Assembly (NCBI RefSeq): GCF_036365525.1
Contig: NC_090404.1
Span: 13,854,550 to 13,918,549 of the forward strand
Origin: Heterodontus francisci
Lineage: Eukaryota
DNA: 64,000 bases
Direction: 5' to 3'
Position numbers and translations under genes: made by a program. The notes under the pieces are model-generated. The model did no database searches. It was given only the letters and a program-made list of their open reading frames with translations, and was not told the origin of the DNA. Positions 36,871 through 50,597 of this stretch are shown here, piece after piece (position 1 is the first letter of the stretch; each line of letters starts with the position of its first letter).

Positions 36871-36910
36871 CACACTGCTGCAGAGATGTCGCGGACCCCG
36901 GACAAAAACC
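36871..36910 (+). other. RSS of V6 with 24-nt spacer
   Basis: CACACTG 36871-36877, 24-nt spacer, ACAAAAACC 36902-36910. Confidence 0.85.
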
Positions 36911-36934
36911 CACACTGAGAGTTCCAGTTAGCGC

Positions 36935-36948
36935 TCAGCAGAGGGCGC
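36935..36948 (+). promoter_or_regulatory. CTCF-binding motif just 3' of the RSS
   Basis: TCAGCAGAGGGCGC, 25 nt after the nonamer. Confidence 0.6.
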
Positions 36949-37819
36949 TCTTCCACCGGTAAATAGAAGCAACCATTCAGCCTCCACAGTGTGAGGCATA
37001 GGGACCTTCCTAAAAGATAATAAAACACACAGCCCTCAACAAGAACAGGTGAGGACCACTTGTGGGATTATATTAGTTGATTTCAATTCGCATTTACACT
37101 ATAAATAAACTTCATAAATCTATTTCTGTCTCCTTGATATACGTTCTGTCCTTTGCTGCCCTTTCTGTGCCTGACCACAATATTAAGCAGCCCTTTACCC
37201 CATCTCCCCTGTCAGTTTCCCAGATCCTACGACCGCGGCCTGGTCACAGGGTTCATTTGATCAGATTGTGTTGCTGGTTCTGCGACAGTGTATAAACAAT
37301 GAATAGATTTCACCAGGTAGTGATTTCATTGTTTAAACAAGCGCCAAGCACAGAGCTCCCCCAATGTCCAGTGTCCTTGAGAATGTCTCTTTTAATGCTG
37401 GAATGTTTTCTGTCCCCATGAACAATCCTGGGCTGTTGGTGTTGTCATGGGATATTATCATTTCGAATAAAACTTAAAATAAAATGCGAATTTGCAATTT
37501 AAAATTAATGCATCTCTATTCCAATTTTTAAAATCCCCTTTGAAAAATAAAGTGAATGAACATTTTTCTGTCTGTAAATTTTTCTACAGTAACGCCAGTG
37601 AGCACATCATCTCACTGCCATCTGGGGCGGCTGCATGTATCTAGAAGTTACATCTGACTTCTTTCAGTTCACAAACAGTTTGTATTGAGGGAGACCATTC
37701 GGCCGTCCTTGGATTATTCAAATGAGTGATCCTAACTCCCGTCCGCTGTTTGGTATTCATTCTCTTCCTTTATCCATTGCAGGGCATTTTACTGCACCGC
37801 TGCATCCTGAAGTTTATTC

Positions 37820-40800
37820 CATAGCTTGATAGAGTACATAGGTAGAGACAGTTCGCATTGGCAGTAGGGTCGGCATTCAAAGGGCACAGGGTTGAGGTAA
37901 TTGGGGAGATGATGAGATTGTTTTTTTTTAACACAGGGAGTTATGATGATCTACAATGCAATGCCTTATTGGGTAATGGAAGTAGATTCAACAGTAATTT
38001 TCAGGAGGGGTGTGTATAAATACTTGAAAAGCATCACATGGCATGCTTTCCTTTAGTAGCCGAGGCATAGAGTATAAGAGAAAGGAGGTTATGCTAGAAC
38101 TGTATGAAACACTTGAGTACTGCGTACATAGGAACATAGGAGTAGGAGTTCGCCATTCATCCCATTGAGCACGTTCCGCCATTCAATAAGTTCATGGCTG
38201 AACTGATTACTCCACATTTCCACCTACCGCCTGTAACCTTTCACCCCCTTGCTTATCAAGAATCTATCTACCTCTGCCTTAAAAACATTCAAAGACTCTG
38301 CTTCCACTGCCTTTTGAGGAAGAGATTTCCAAAGACTCGCGACCCTCTGAGAGAAAACATTTCTCCTCATCTCTGTCTTAAATGGGCGACCCCTTATTTT
38401 TAAACAGTGACCCCTAGTTTGGGATTCTCCCACAAGGGGAAACTTTCTTTCCTCATCCACCCTGTCAAGATCCCTCAGGATCTTATATGTTTTCAGTCAA
38501 ATCGTCTGTTACTCTTCTAAATTCCAGCGTATACAAGCCTAGCCTGTCCAATCCTTCGTCGTAAGACTTCAATGCCTTTTTTCCCCACACTATCCCTAAA
38601 TCTCTTTATGCCATTGGTATTTAGAAATCTATCAATCTCTGCTTTAAACATACTAAATGACTGTGCTTCCACAGCCCTCTAGGGTAAAGAATTCCAAATA
38701 TTCACAACCCGCATGGGTGATTGGTTAAGAAGGCTCCATGGGATCCAGGGCAATTTGGCAAATTGGATCCAAAATTGGTTTGGTGGCAGGAAACAGAGGG
38801 TAATGGTCGAGGGTTGTTTTTGCAAGTGGAAGCCTGTGCCCACTGGTGTACCACAGGGATCGCTACTGGGGCCCTTGCTGTTTGTAGTGTACATTAATGA
38901 TTTAGAAATGAATATAGGAGGTATGATAAGTAAGTTCGCAGATGACACGAAAATTGGTGGTGTCGTGAGGAGGAAGGCCTTAGATTACAGGACGATGTAG
39001 ATGGGCTCTTAAGATGGGTGGAGCAGTGGCAAATGGAATTTAATCCTGAGAAGTGTGAGGTGATGCATTTTGGGAGGACTAACAAGGCAAGGGAATATAC
39101 AATGGATGGTAGGACCCTAGGAAGTACAGAGTGTCAGAAAGACCTTGGTGTACTTGTCCATAGATCACTGAAGGTAGCAGCACAGGTCGATAAGGTGGTT
39201 AGGAAGGCATATGGGTTACTTCTCTTCATTAGCCGAGGCATAGAATATAAGAGCATGGAGGTTTTGACGGAGCTGTATAAAACGCTAGTTAGGCCACAGC
39301 TGGAGTACTGTGTACAGTTCTGGGCACCACATTATAGGAAGGATGTGATTGCACTGGAGAGGGTGCAGAGGAGATTCACCAGGATGTTGCCTGGGCTGGA
39401 ACATTTCAGCTATGAGGAGAGACTGAAAAGACTAGGGTTGTTTTTCTTAGAACAGAGAAGGATGAGGGGGGACATAGAGTCATAGAGTTATAAAGCACAG
39501 AAACGGGCCCCTCGGCCCATCGTGTCTGTGCTGGCCATGATTGAGGTATACAAAATTATGAGGGGCATTGACAGGTTAGATAAGAAGAGACTGTTTCCCG
39601 TAGCAGAGCGGCCAGTAACCAGGGGGTGTAGATTTAAGGTAAGGGGCAGGAGGTTTAGAGGGGATTTGAGGAAAACAATTCATCCAGAGGGAGGTTGGAA
39701 TCTGGAATACACTGCCTGAAGTGGTGGTAGAGGCAAGAACCCTCACAGCATTTAAGAAGTATTAAGATGAGCACTTGAAACGCCATAGCATACAAGGCCA
39801 CGGGCCAAGTGCTGGAAAATGGGACTAGAATAGTTAGGTGCTTGATGGCCGACACAGACACGATGGGCCGAAGGGCCTGTTTCTGTGCTGTATGACTCCA
39901 TTACTCTATGACAACCCTCTGAGTAAAGAAATTTCTACTCATCTCTGTCCTAAGTGGCTTCCCCTTATTTTGAAATTGTGTCCCCTGGTTCTAGATTCCC
40001 CAACCAGGGGAAACATCTTAGTTGCATCTACCCCAGTCTATCCCTTCAATTATTTTATAAGTTTCAATGAGATCACCTCTTATTCTTCGAAACTCTTGGG
40101 AATATAGGCCCAGTTTCCCCAATCTCTCTTCATAGGACAGTCCCACCATCCCGGGAACAAGTCTGGTGAATCTTCGTTGCACTCCTTGTATGGCAACAAT
40201 ATCCTTCCTAAGGTAAGGGGACCAAAACTGCACAGGGTACTCCAGGTGCGGACTAACCAAGGTTCTATACAATTGAAGCAAGACTTCACTACTCCTGCAC
40301 TCAAATCCTCTGACAATGAAGGCCACCATACCTTCTTAATTGCTTGCTGCACATGCATGTTAGCTGTACAGTTCTGGTAACCACATTACAGTGTGATTGA
40401 ACTGGAGAGGGTGCAGAGTAGATTTACGAGGAAATTGCCAGGACTGGGGAATGTAGCTATCAGGAAAGATTAGATAGGCTGGGGTTGTTTTCCTTGGAAC
40501 AGAGGAGGGCAAGGGGTGACTTAATTAAGGTGTGTAAAATTATGAGGGGCCTAGATAGAGTAAATAAGGATGACCTATTTACATTAGGAGATGGATCAAA
40601 ATCCAGAGGGAATGGATTTAAAGTAATTGATAGCAGGATTAGCGAGGAGATGAAGAAACTTTTTTCAGCCAGAGGATGGGGGGATCTGGATCTCAGTGCC
40701 TGAAAGGGTGGTAGCAGCAGAAAGGCATTGAAAAATACTTGGATATCTGCTTGAAGAGCTGTAACCTGCAGGGCTACAAATCTAGTGCAGGAAGGTAGGA

Positions 40801-41015
40801 TTACGCTGGGTAGCTCATCATCGACCAGCACAGACATGATGGGATGATTGGCCTCTTTCTGTGTTATAAATTTCTTATGACTTCTATTTCTATGAAACCT
40901 TCGCAGTGCCGTGCGGAATGAAGTGGGGAGTGGGATTATTTGGAAAGCTCTTTCAAAGAGCCAGTGCAAACACGATGGTCTGAATGGCCTCCTTGTGTGC
41001 TGTGCGATTCAGTGA
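37820..41015. mobile_element. Cluster of nested CR1 LINE fragments in both orientations
   Basis: Multiple RT fragments, e.g. + 38713-39900 (GVPQGSLLGPLLF, FADDTK) and - 38125-38570 and 39910-40365. Confidence 0.85.
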
Positions 41016-41421
41016 TTCTTTTTAGATGCACAGAGACATGTCAAGGCCACAGGAACACACGCAGCCACATGCACACTGAGGCGCGTACATACAAACCAAG
41101 AGCCACACAATGTTTCATATCACTTGGAACTCATTGATGTATAATCATTTGTAATTTGACTGAAATGGAAAGATGTGAGTTGCAGCAAAAAATCAAACAC
41201 TGGCATTAATTCTCCCACGAACGCATCAAAATGTTTCCAAATGGTCTGACTAGTCACAAGGTTCAATGGCAAGCTGACCTCACTCAGTATTTCTTTCAAC
41301 CCCCAGTCAGAGCCTGTACATTAGTGTAAAAACAGAAAATGCTGGAAATAGTCAAAGGGTCTGGCAGCATCTGTGGAGAAAGAAACAGAGTTAACCTTTC
41401 AGGCCTGTGATCTTTCATCAG

Positions 41422-43022
41422 TGTCAAGGTCCTGTCGTTTTTTTGGGGGGTGGTGGGGTGGGGGGGGGGGGTGGTGGGCGGGAATATGCAGTTTGCCTTT
41501 AAGGCTTGAAAAGATCAGTATTGCTTTAAGAACCAACAAGCCTCAAGAGTTATAGGAAGGTGCATATTTGTTGCCTTAGAAACAGCCGTTTGGAGACTGT
41601 GATTCAAAAGGTGCATTCTCACTACCATAGATACAGACACTGGGAGTGAGCATCAAGCGATACATTTGTTAAAATTCAATTTGAACTGGCTTTTTAGTTG
41701 AAGACAGTTTGTTCTAACGAGCAGATGTGAGGTAATGCATTTTGGAAGATCTAATACAGGTGGGAAGTATACAATAAATGGCAGAACCCTTAAGAGTATT
41801 GACAGGTAGAGAGATCTGGGTGTACAGGTCCACAGGTCACTGAAAGTGGCAAAGCAGCTGGATAAGGTAGTCAAGAAGGCATACGGCATGCTTGCCTTCA
41901 TTGGTCGGGGTACTGAGTTTAAAAATTGGTAAGTCATGCTGCAGCTGTACAGAACTTTAGTTAGGCCACACTTAGAATATTGCGTGCAATTCTGGTCGCC
42001 ACACTACCAGAAGGACGTGGAGGCTTTGGAGAGGGTACAGAGGAGGTTTACCAGGATGTTGCCTCATCTGGAGGGCTTTAGCTATGAGGAGAGGTTGGAT
42101 AAACTCGGATTGTTTTCACTGGAACGACGGAGGTGGAGGGATGACATGATAGAGGTGGAAGCAGGTACGATAATGACATTTAAGAGGCATCTTGACAAAT
42201 ACATGAATAGGATGGGAATAGAGGGATACGGTCCCTGGAAGTGCAGAAGGTTTTAGTTTAGGCAGGCATCAAGATCGGCACAGGCTTGGAGGGCCGAATG
42301 GCCTGTTCCTGTGCTGTACTGTTCTTTGTTCTTTGTTTGTTCTTTGTTCTTTGAACACAGACACAGAGGACACGAACAGACAGCCATGGTGTTTAGCACT
42401 TGTAAAAAGAGTTCTCAACCATTTAAACTGAAGGAGTAGGATTTTTTGTCTGTTAATTATTATCTCTCAAAATTCTAAAAAAAGTCAAGCCAAAACAGAG
42501 ATCTCTGGTAATTTAAATTGAAGAAAGAGAAGTTAGATGGTGACAATCTTTGATTCTATTGAAAGTGTTTGCAAGTCGTTAATTGCTGAAATTCACTGAA
42601 GAAGGAAAGCATCACCACCTGTTGAAGTTCAACGACGGACTATTCTACTGTGGAAGAACCTTTTATCCCACATTCGGACGACTGTGAGGACTTCAAGCAG
42701 CATTCCGTGAGGACTTCAAGCAACATTGGACTGTAAATGTGCAAGGACTCTATTTTTTTCTATTTTAAATGTTGTTTATATCTTCATAATGTTTAAGCAT
42801 TCAGTTCTTCTAATTAAAGAGTTAATGTGTTGATTTAAAGACACCTGGTTTGGTTAGCCTCATTCGGGGGTTAAAAGATGGTACAATTTGGCTGGGTCTT
42901 TCTTTAATTTGGAAAGTTTTAAATGATATGTTAGGCGATCTGTGGAGTGAAGGGATTGAATTAACAGTGTGTTTCTCCCACCGCAATCAGAATGGTATAT
43001 TTTGGAGCGGTCGGTCATAACA
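41422..43022. mobile_element. Solo LTR with 4-bp TSD, containing a CR1 insertion
   Basis: TG...CA termini (TGTCAAG / CATAACA) and TSD TCAG at 41418-41421 and 43023-43026. Related to the inverted copy at 56627-57519. Confidence 0.7.
41700..42355 (+). mobile_element. CR1 LINE 3' end with internal deletion
   Basis: Near-identical to 9750-10450 but missing an internal block; GTTCTTT tail. Confidence 0.85.
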
Positions 43023-44219
43023 TCAGAACTAGACCGGGTTGTACTGTAATCGGTTTCAAGCAAATAAGGAGACAGGGAAATGTGGCAAGGGGAGGAGAGA
43101 GGAAATGAAATGCAGAATGTAGGAGATACAAAATGATAAAAGGGAATGATAGTGCAAGGAAAAAGGAGATGGTAATGCGACAAGTAAAGAAACAGCCATA
43201 ACGTGGCACAGGATCCAAGATATTAGCACTGATGCATAAATGTTCGGTCAAAGAGATAGTTTTTAACGACCGTCTTAAAGGGGGACAGAGTGGACAGGAA
43301 GCGAGCTTTAGGAGCATAGAGATACATAAATAAATAGATTGATAGACATATAGAAAAATAGACAGACAGATATTTAGAAAATTGAAAGAGATCGAGATAT
43401 AAATAGAGAGACAGACACAGCTATATATAATTACTTGGACAGACTGATGGAGAGATTTGGATAGGGCAAATAGATACGTCGATTGGCAGATATCATTTGA
43501 ATCCCAAAATGCAATAATAAGAAACTGAACAAAAGGGCAGCGAATAATTTTGAATAGAAGCTTATCTCTGTTCGTGTTGAGAATGTGGAAAATTCTCAGT
43601 GTCGGCAGCAGGATATGGAAATCTCAGTGCTCACTGACAGCTGAACTATTGCACAGTGTCACTGGCGACCAAGTTCTCTAGGTTATAGAGTCATTTTCGG
43701 AGCTGAAGGTGGCCATTCGGCCCATCAGGTCCATAAATAAGGGAGAAGTCAGGATGTGGGAATTTCAGTGATTACTGAAACACTCTTCCATGTACATTTA
43801 TCACGCTGTGATTGCAGTGCGTTGGCCCATTGTCCTCCCAGTCCTCCATTAGAGAACGGAGACCTTCATCACCTCTGCCTGTGGTTGAAATTGACCGAGG
43901 CCCCAGCAGGTGAAAAGGTAGCGACTAGATCCCGGCCTCATCCTGCCCAATGTCAGATAGAGAAGTCTTTTATTATATCCGTCTGTTGCCGAATTTGATC
44001 CCAGGTCCCGGGGTCAGTGGGCAGTATGCCACACATGCACACTTAGAATACAATTAAGATTCACATCAGAAATCACATCTAACAGTGGAAGATGGTGGAA
44101 AATTGGGGGATAGATAGAGATCGGTAGAGATCGAGAGATAGATGCAGAGAGATAGAAAGGACGATAGAGCGATAGTGAGAGAACTGCTGCAGTCTGTGTA
44201 GTGTAGGTACAAATCCTTG

Positions 44220-45900
44220 CAGACCCACACTGCTGCTAGGGAGGGCATTCCAGGCTATTGATCCAGAAACAGTGCAGGAACGGCAATAAACTTCGAAGTC
44301 AGAATGGTGTGCGACTTGTCTTTGTCCTTCTAGGTGGCAGAGGTCGCAGGTTTGGGAAATGCTGCCGAAGAAAGCTTGGTGCGTTGCTGCAGTGCATCTT
44401 GTAGATGGTACACACTGCAGCCACGGAGCGCCAGTGGTGGAGGGCGTGAATGTTTAATGTGGTGAATGGGGTGAAGATCAAACGGGTTACTTTGTCCTGA
44501 ATGATATCGACCTTTCTGAGTATTGTTGGAGTAGCAGTCATCAGCTAACTGGAGAGTATTCGATCACACTCCTGACTTGTGCCCTGTAGGTAATGGAAAG
44601 TCTTTGGGAAGGCAGGAGGTGTGTTGATCGCTGCATAATTCCCAGCCTCTGACCTGCTCTTGTAGCCAGAGTATTTATGTGGCTGGTCCTGTTAAGTTTG
44701 TGGTCAATGGTGACTGTGGGGGCTGCAGTTGAATGTCGAATGGAGGTATTGAGACTCTCTTTTGTGGGAAATGGTCATTGCCTGGCACTTGTGTGATGCA
44801 AAAGTTACTTACCACTTCTCAGCATGTGGGCACATTTTCTGAGAAATTGCGAATGGGAGTGAACACGGTGCAATCATTAGCAAACATTCACACTTCTGAC
44901 CTTACGATGGAGGGAAGATGTAGCTGAAGATGGCTGAGTCTAGGACACTGCCCTGAAGAGCTCCTACAGCATTGCTGGAGCTGAGCTGATTGGCCTCCAT
45001 CAACCATCTTCCTTTCCTCCAAGTATGACACCAACCGATGAAGAAAATTCCCCTGATTCCCCATTGACCTCACTTTTACTCAGGCTCCATAATGCTACAT
45101 TCGGTCAAAGTCTGCATTAATGTCAAGGGAAGTCACTCTCACCTCACTTCTAGAATTGAACTCTTTTGTCCACGTTTGGAACAAGGTTGTAATGAGGTCC
45201 GGAGCCAAGTGCCCCTAGCAGGACCAAAACTGAGAACCAATGAATAGGTTATTAGTGCGTAGTTTAGTTTAGAGATACAGCACTGAAACAGGCCCTTCGG
45301 CCCACCGAGTCTGTGCCGACCATCAACCACCCATTTATACTAATCCTACACTAATCCCATATTCCTACCACATCCCCACCTGTCCCTATACATTTCCCTA
45401 CCACCTACCTATACTAGGAGCAATTGCTAATGGCAAATTTACCTATCAACCTGCAAGTCTTTTGGCTTGTGGGAGGAAACCTAAGCACCTGGAAAAACCC
45501 ACGCAGACACAGGGAGAACTTGCAAACTCCACACAGGCAGTACCCAGAATTGAACCCGGGTCCCTGGAGCTGTGAGGCTGCGGTGCTAACCACTGCGCCA
45601 CTGTGCCGCCCTAGTGCCGCCTCATAACACTGTTAACAACCCTATTCATCACTTTGTAGATGGTTGAGAGCAGGTTGTTTGACTATAATTGGCCAAATTG
45701 GATTTGTCCTCTCTTTTTTGTGGAAAGGACATACCTGGGTAATTTTTCACATTGTCGGGCAAATGCCAGTGACATTGATGTACAGGAACAGCTTGGCTAA
45801 TGGCACAGCTAGTACTGGAGCACAGGTCTTCAGCAATTCAGGGGGTTGTTGTCGGGTCCCATACTCTTCTCTGTATCCGGTGCACTCAGTCGTGATTTCT
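44220..45900 (-). mobile_element. CR1-clade LINE fragment (same family as 16490-19540), split by a SINE
   Basis: Shares VAAVCTIYKMHCSN and flanking sequence with the intronic element. Confidence 0.75.
45261..45610 (-). mobile_element. Full-length HE1-type SINE
   Basis: (TTTAG)n tail through the tRNA-like head. Confidence 0.9.
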
Positions 45901-47859
45901 GCACTTGGATCCGGAAACCTAGCTTATCCCTATTCAGAAAATACTCTGCTCTATCTTGCTTAGGTACAAAGTAGATGACATCACACTTTCCGGCAATGAA
46001 ATCCATCTGTCTCAGTTTCACCAACTTACGGAATCTAAGAGATACGTTGTATTGCATTTTCTGCTCTGACCTACATTATTTATTTTTCCACCTAACTTGG
46101 AGTCGTCAGAAAATTTATATATGCGACTCTATTATTTCATTCGACTCTTTTATTGGCATGATTAAAAACTGGCGCACTAGCACTGATTGCAGGTGATGCC
46201 ACTAGTTATATCCTGCCAGTTTGAGTACGTAGCCTACACTTTCTCCTGCCTTCTAACCAATTCCCTATCCAAACCAATAGATTGACTCCATTTTTGTTAG
46301 TAGTTTCTTATGAGGAACAGTGTCAACTGCCACCTGCAAGTCCCTATAAGCAACAACCATAGACACTCCCTTATCTACCACGTTAGTTGCCACCTTTAGA
46401 ATTCAACTAGGTTCTTTAGATATGACTTACCTTTACAAATCCTTGAAGACCCTTTCCAATCAGCTCATATCTGTCCAAGTGCTCAGTCATTCTGTCTCTA
46501 ACAACAGATTCTAATGAACTTACTAACGACAGATAGGTCTATAATCTCTTAATTTATCTTACAACACTTAAATAGTGCAGCGGCATTGACAATTTTCCAA
46601 TTCAAGGGGATAATTATTAAATCAAGAGAGTAATGCATCAGAAATCACTTCACCTATGCCTTTAACACCCTAGGGTGGAAGTTACAGTGCTCTGCAATCT
46701 TTAGTCTCATCGGTATATCGATTACAATTAGTTCCTCACCTTCATTTCTTTTCTTTTTTTCAGTTTTCCTTGCATCTCTCATATTTTTCCACATCATGTA
46801 GTGTGAAGTGTGATACTACAAAGTAACATTTAAGCAAGTCTGCCATTTCCTCAATTCCAATTACGATATAATTGTGTCTGTCAACAATGGGCCCACATTA
46901 CTCTTACCCACCTTATTTCTTAACAAAAAACAGTTGTAAAACCATTTAGTCCTCTCCTTGATAGCCCAAATAAACTTTATCTCAATAGAGAGGTAGGCAG
47001 TATACGCTCATGTATCAATGGATAAATACAAGTCTATACGATAGAAAAATGTCACATTGATTCCCAAAATGCAATAACAAGAAAGGGCACATAAATGATT
47101 CTGAACAGGAACCTATCTCTGTTTGCAGTTTGTGTTTAGAACGTAGAAAGAGCTCAGAGTCATCATCAGGGTATGGAAATCACAGTGTATAGTGACACCT
47201 GATCCACTCCAAATCAGACTGGAGATCAAGGTCTGTAATAATGTTACTGCTATGGTCAGGAGACGGACACCTCAGTGTGCACTGGCAGGTGTCATAGGCT
47301 GATAGGCTGTGATGACAGAATACGGCCCATCGTTTCACTCAGTAGCCAATCAGAGATCTTTATCCCTACTGTCTGCAACTGGATTTGAACCCAGGGAACC
47401 AAGGATGAGTGGACAATATACATCCCACCAATCCTGGAATTACATGGAGATTCACATGAGTATTCCCATTGCATTGGGATGGAGGGAGGAGCCTGATGTT
47501 TGCATAGCAAAGACAAGCACCAACTGCAGATCCAGAACTATAAAATGTCACTGACGCCGGTCACTGCTTCAACTTGTTGGAAGAGGGTTGAAGGATTAAC
47601 TGCAAATTTTATTTCAATCTTGCTTCTTCTTGTGCTAGATCTGATGCTCCACAATCAAAACAGACTGAACTGTGAGTCCACACAGCCATTCTATGATTTC
47701 GACACAGTAAAAGAGTAAGGAGTCCAAAATACACAGATTGAGAGGGAGTGGAAGGTGAGCGGTACTTTCAGCAGTTAAAGAGCAGGGTCAGTTTGGAGGG
47801 AGGCACATGTCACTGTCAATGAATGCAGAGTGCGGAAGGAGAAATAGGCAGTGAGGAGA

Positions 47860-48480
47860 GGAGAGTAGAGAGAGATGATGGGGGTATAGAGAGTGCGGGT
47901 GGGGAGTAGAGAATGAGGATGGGAAGTGGAGATGGGGGACTGGAGATCGGGGATGGGTAAATAGAACGTTGAGAATGGCAAGAGGAGAATAGAATGTGCG
48001 TATGGGGAAGTAGAGAGTGAGGATGTGGGAGTAGAGAGTGACTTAGAGGAGTAGAGATTGAGGATGGAGGAATAGAGAGTGGAGATTCAGGAGTGGAGAC
48101 TGTGGAGGAGGAGTAGAGAGTGGGGATGGGTGGGTAGAGAACGGGGATGGGGGAGTAGAGATTGAGGATGGGAGAGTAAAAAACGGGGATGGATGAACAG
48201 AGTGGGGATGAGGGGAGTAGAGATTGAGGATGGGAGAGTAAAAAACGAGGATGGATGAACAGCGTGGGGATGGGGGGAGTAGAGATTGAGGATGGGGGAG
48301 TAGAGAAAGGGGATGGGGGAGTATAAAGTGAAGGTGGAGGAGTCGAGAGTGGGGATAGAAGGGTACAGAGCGGGGATGGGGAGTAGAGAGTGGTGCTTAT
48401 GGGTTTGGAGAGTCTGGATTGGGAGAGTAGAGGCCGGGATTTGTGGAATACAGAGCGGGGATAGGATGAGTAGATCGTGG
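47860..48480. repeat. G/A-rich degenerate ~21-bp tandem repeat
   Basis: Recurring GGGAGTAGAGA(G/T)TG(A/G)GGATGG units. Confidence 0.8.
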
Positions 48481-50597
48481 GAAAGGAAAATTAAAGGGTA
48501 AGTTCCCATTTATGTTCAATGCTTCTTATTGTGTATTTATTTATATTGGCTGGAATTGTACAGAAATTTGTTATTTAGGTGAGACTGGGAATCGGACGAA
48601 ACTCGTTACTAGTGTAATATAGAAATCCTCATAGATAGAGAAAGATAAATGGAAAGAATGAGGCAGAGCCCCTGGATAAACAGGGCAGAAACAGAGAATG
48701 ATGGTGAGTGCAGGTAGAAAGGTAATCAATGAAATGGAATGGAACAAAGATTGGGCAGAGATTGTGAGAGGGAAATAAATATATGGCAAACGGAGAGACT
48801 GGAAGAAGTAAACTGTGCGTAGCCAGAGAGAGAATGAGAGGGCGAGACAGCGGGGAGACAGACATATAGATTAACAGGCAATCTCCAGAGAGATCATGAT
48901 GGAGAGCTTGAGAAACGGATAGAAGAGGAGAGAGACAAAGGCAGACAGTACCAAGGACACAAAGATATAAATACAGTGACCAGGGGAGATAGAGAAAAAC
49001 AGTAATGAGCAGTTAATGTGTTGCAGCAGGAAGCCAGAGAAAGGCACACAAAGAGCAAGGCAGTGGTAGTGACGGATGAGAGAGAGAGAGCAAGAAGGGA
49101 AATAAGGAATAACAGGAAACAGAAGCACATGGGAGAAATCGAAAGCACAAGAGAGAGAAAGGTTCTGAAAACTTTACAGATGTTGGATTGGCTTGGTGAT
49201 CTTGCCATAGTGAAGCGCGTCTTTGTGAACTGTTGGTACGCCTTTACATTTTCAACATCTATAAGGAATCTGAGATGATGAGTGAAAGAAACGAGGAAAA
49301 TATGAAAAAGGCATGGATAGGCAAGGAATTCAAATCAATGCAAATAAATGATTGGTAAATGGAAAAATAGTGAAATGGAAAGGCAGCGTCATACACAACG
49401 AGGCTGCTTTTGAACCCAGGGGTGAAAGTCAGTCTTGAAGGAGTGAGACATCCCAATCCCTGCACAGCTACCTCTTTGAGGGAGTCAATGTGCAGATGTT
49501 TCCATGACAGAGAGGGACAGAATTATAATAGTCAGTGTACTTGTATTTCCCTGAGAAAGGGACTGAGAGACACCACTGATAGTTCCTGAGGGATAGGGAC
49601 TGAGAGGTATCAATCAATAAAAATATATCTTCTTGAGGGAAAAGAACTGGGAAACATTAGTTGGTGTGCAAATGTAATAATCCTACCCCCGTTTTGGCTT
49701 TATCTCGGATCAGGCGTACCCCCCAGATGATCACTCTCATTTAATGTTGAGAAAGACAGATCTCACAGATACGTGAATGAGTCTGAAGAACAGATCAAAC
49801 TCTCCACAAAGGAAAGGAACCAAATGAGCATATGGCCATACTTCAGGTAGCATTTTTTGCAAGCTTTATCAGATTATAAAAACCCAGATATTATAAGGGT
49901 TTGGGAATCTCTCGTGAATAATGTACCTCCCCACTGAAGTGTGTATGGAGATGAGTTTTTGTGTTTGCGATACAGAAGACTATATATTTTCTACATTATA
50001 TAAAAGGTTATAAAAGAACTGAACATGCAATTCACATGAAATAGGAAGCCAATCGCAACGTTGAGGTTTCTAGGAAAAGAATGAAAGTATAATCTTAATT
50101 CTAGTAGAAAATCCAAGTTTTAAGTCTGAAAAAATGTTACAGTAAACTTCTTAAGATATCCATCAATATTTAAAGCAGCATTTACTTTAAATCCCCGAGT
50201 AGAACGCTACAGAGTTTAGTGAGATAGCTCTATCCCAATTAAAGGGAGAACTATCGTTACCAGAACACAATGAGTGCCTTTACTCTGAGAAACGCTGGAG
50301 TGAATTCAACGAATCTAAATATCCACTGTGCGGTTCCAATATTTATACTGTTTCTAAGCTGCATAACTAGTTTTTTTCTCTTTTTAACGTATGGAGGTTC
50401 ATCACTTTTAGGAGTGAATCCCTCTTAGCAGAAGCTGCCTGTATGCTCAAAGATGTGGCAATTCCTACATCACCTTTTAGGAAGATACCCTGCTCCTATT
50501 TTTTAAATCCCTAATTCATAGGAAAATAACTCGTGTAACATAATAACGCATGTGTATGGCCGAATTCCTTCACAACGATTCCCCGAGGGCTGGGTGA

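Noticed and set aside
49673-50590. Possible LTR splitting the minisatellite
   Set aside because: It starts TGTAAT, but no clear CA end or TSD was identified.
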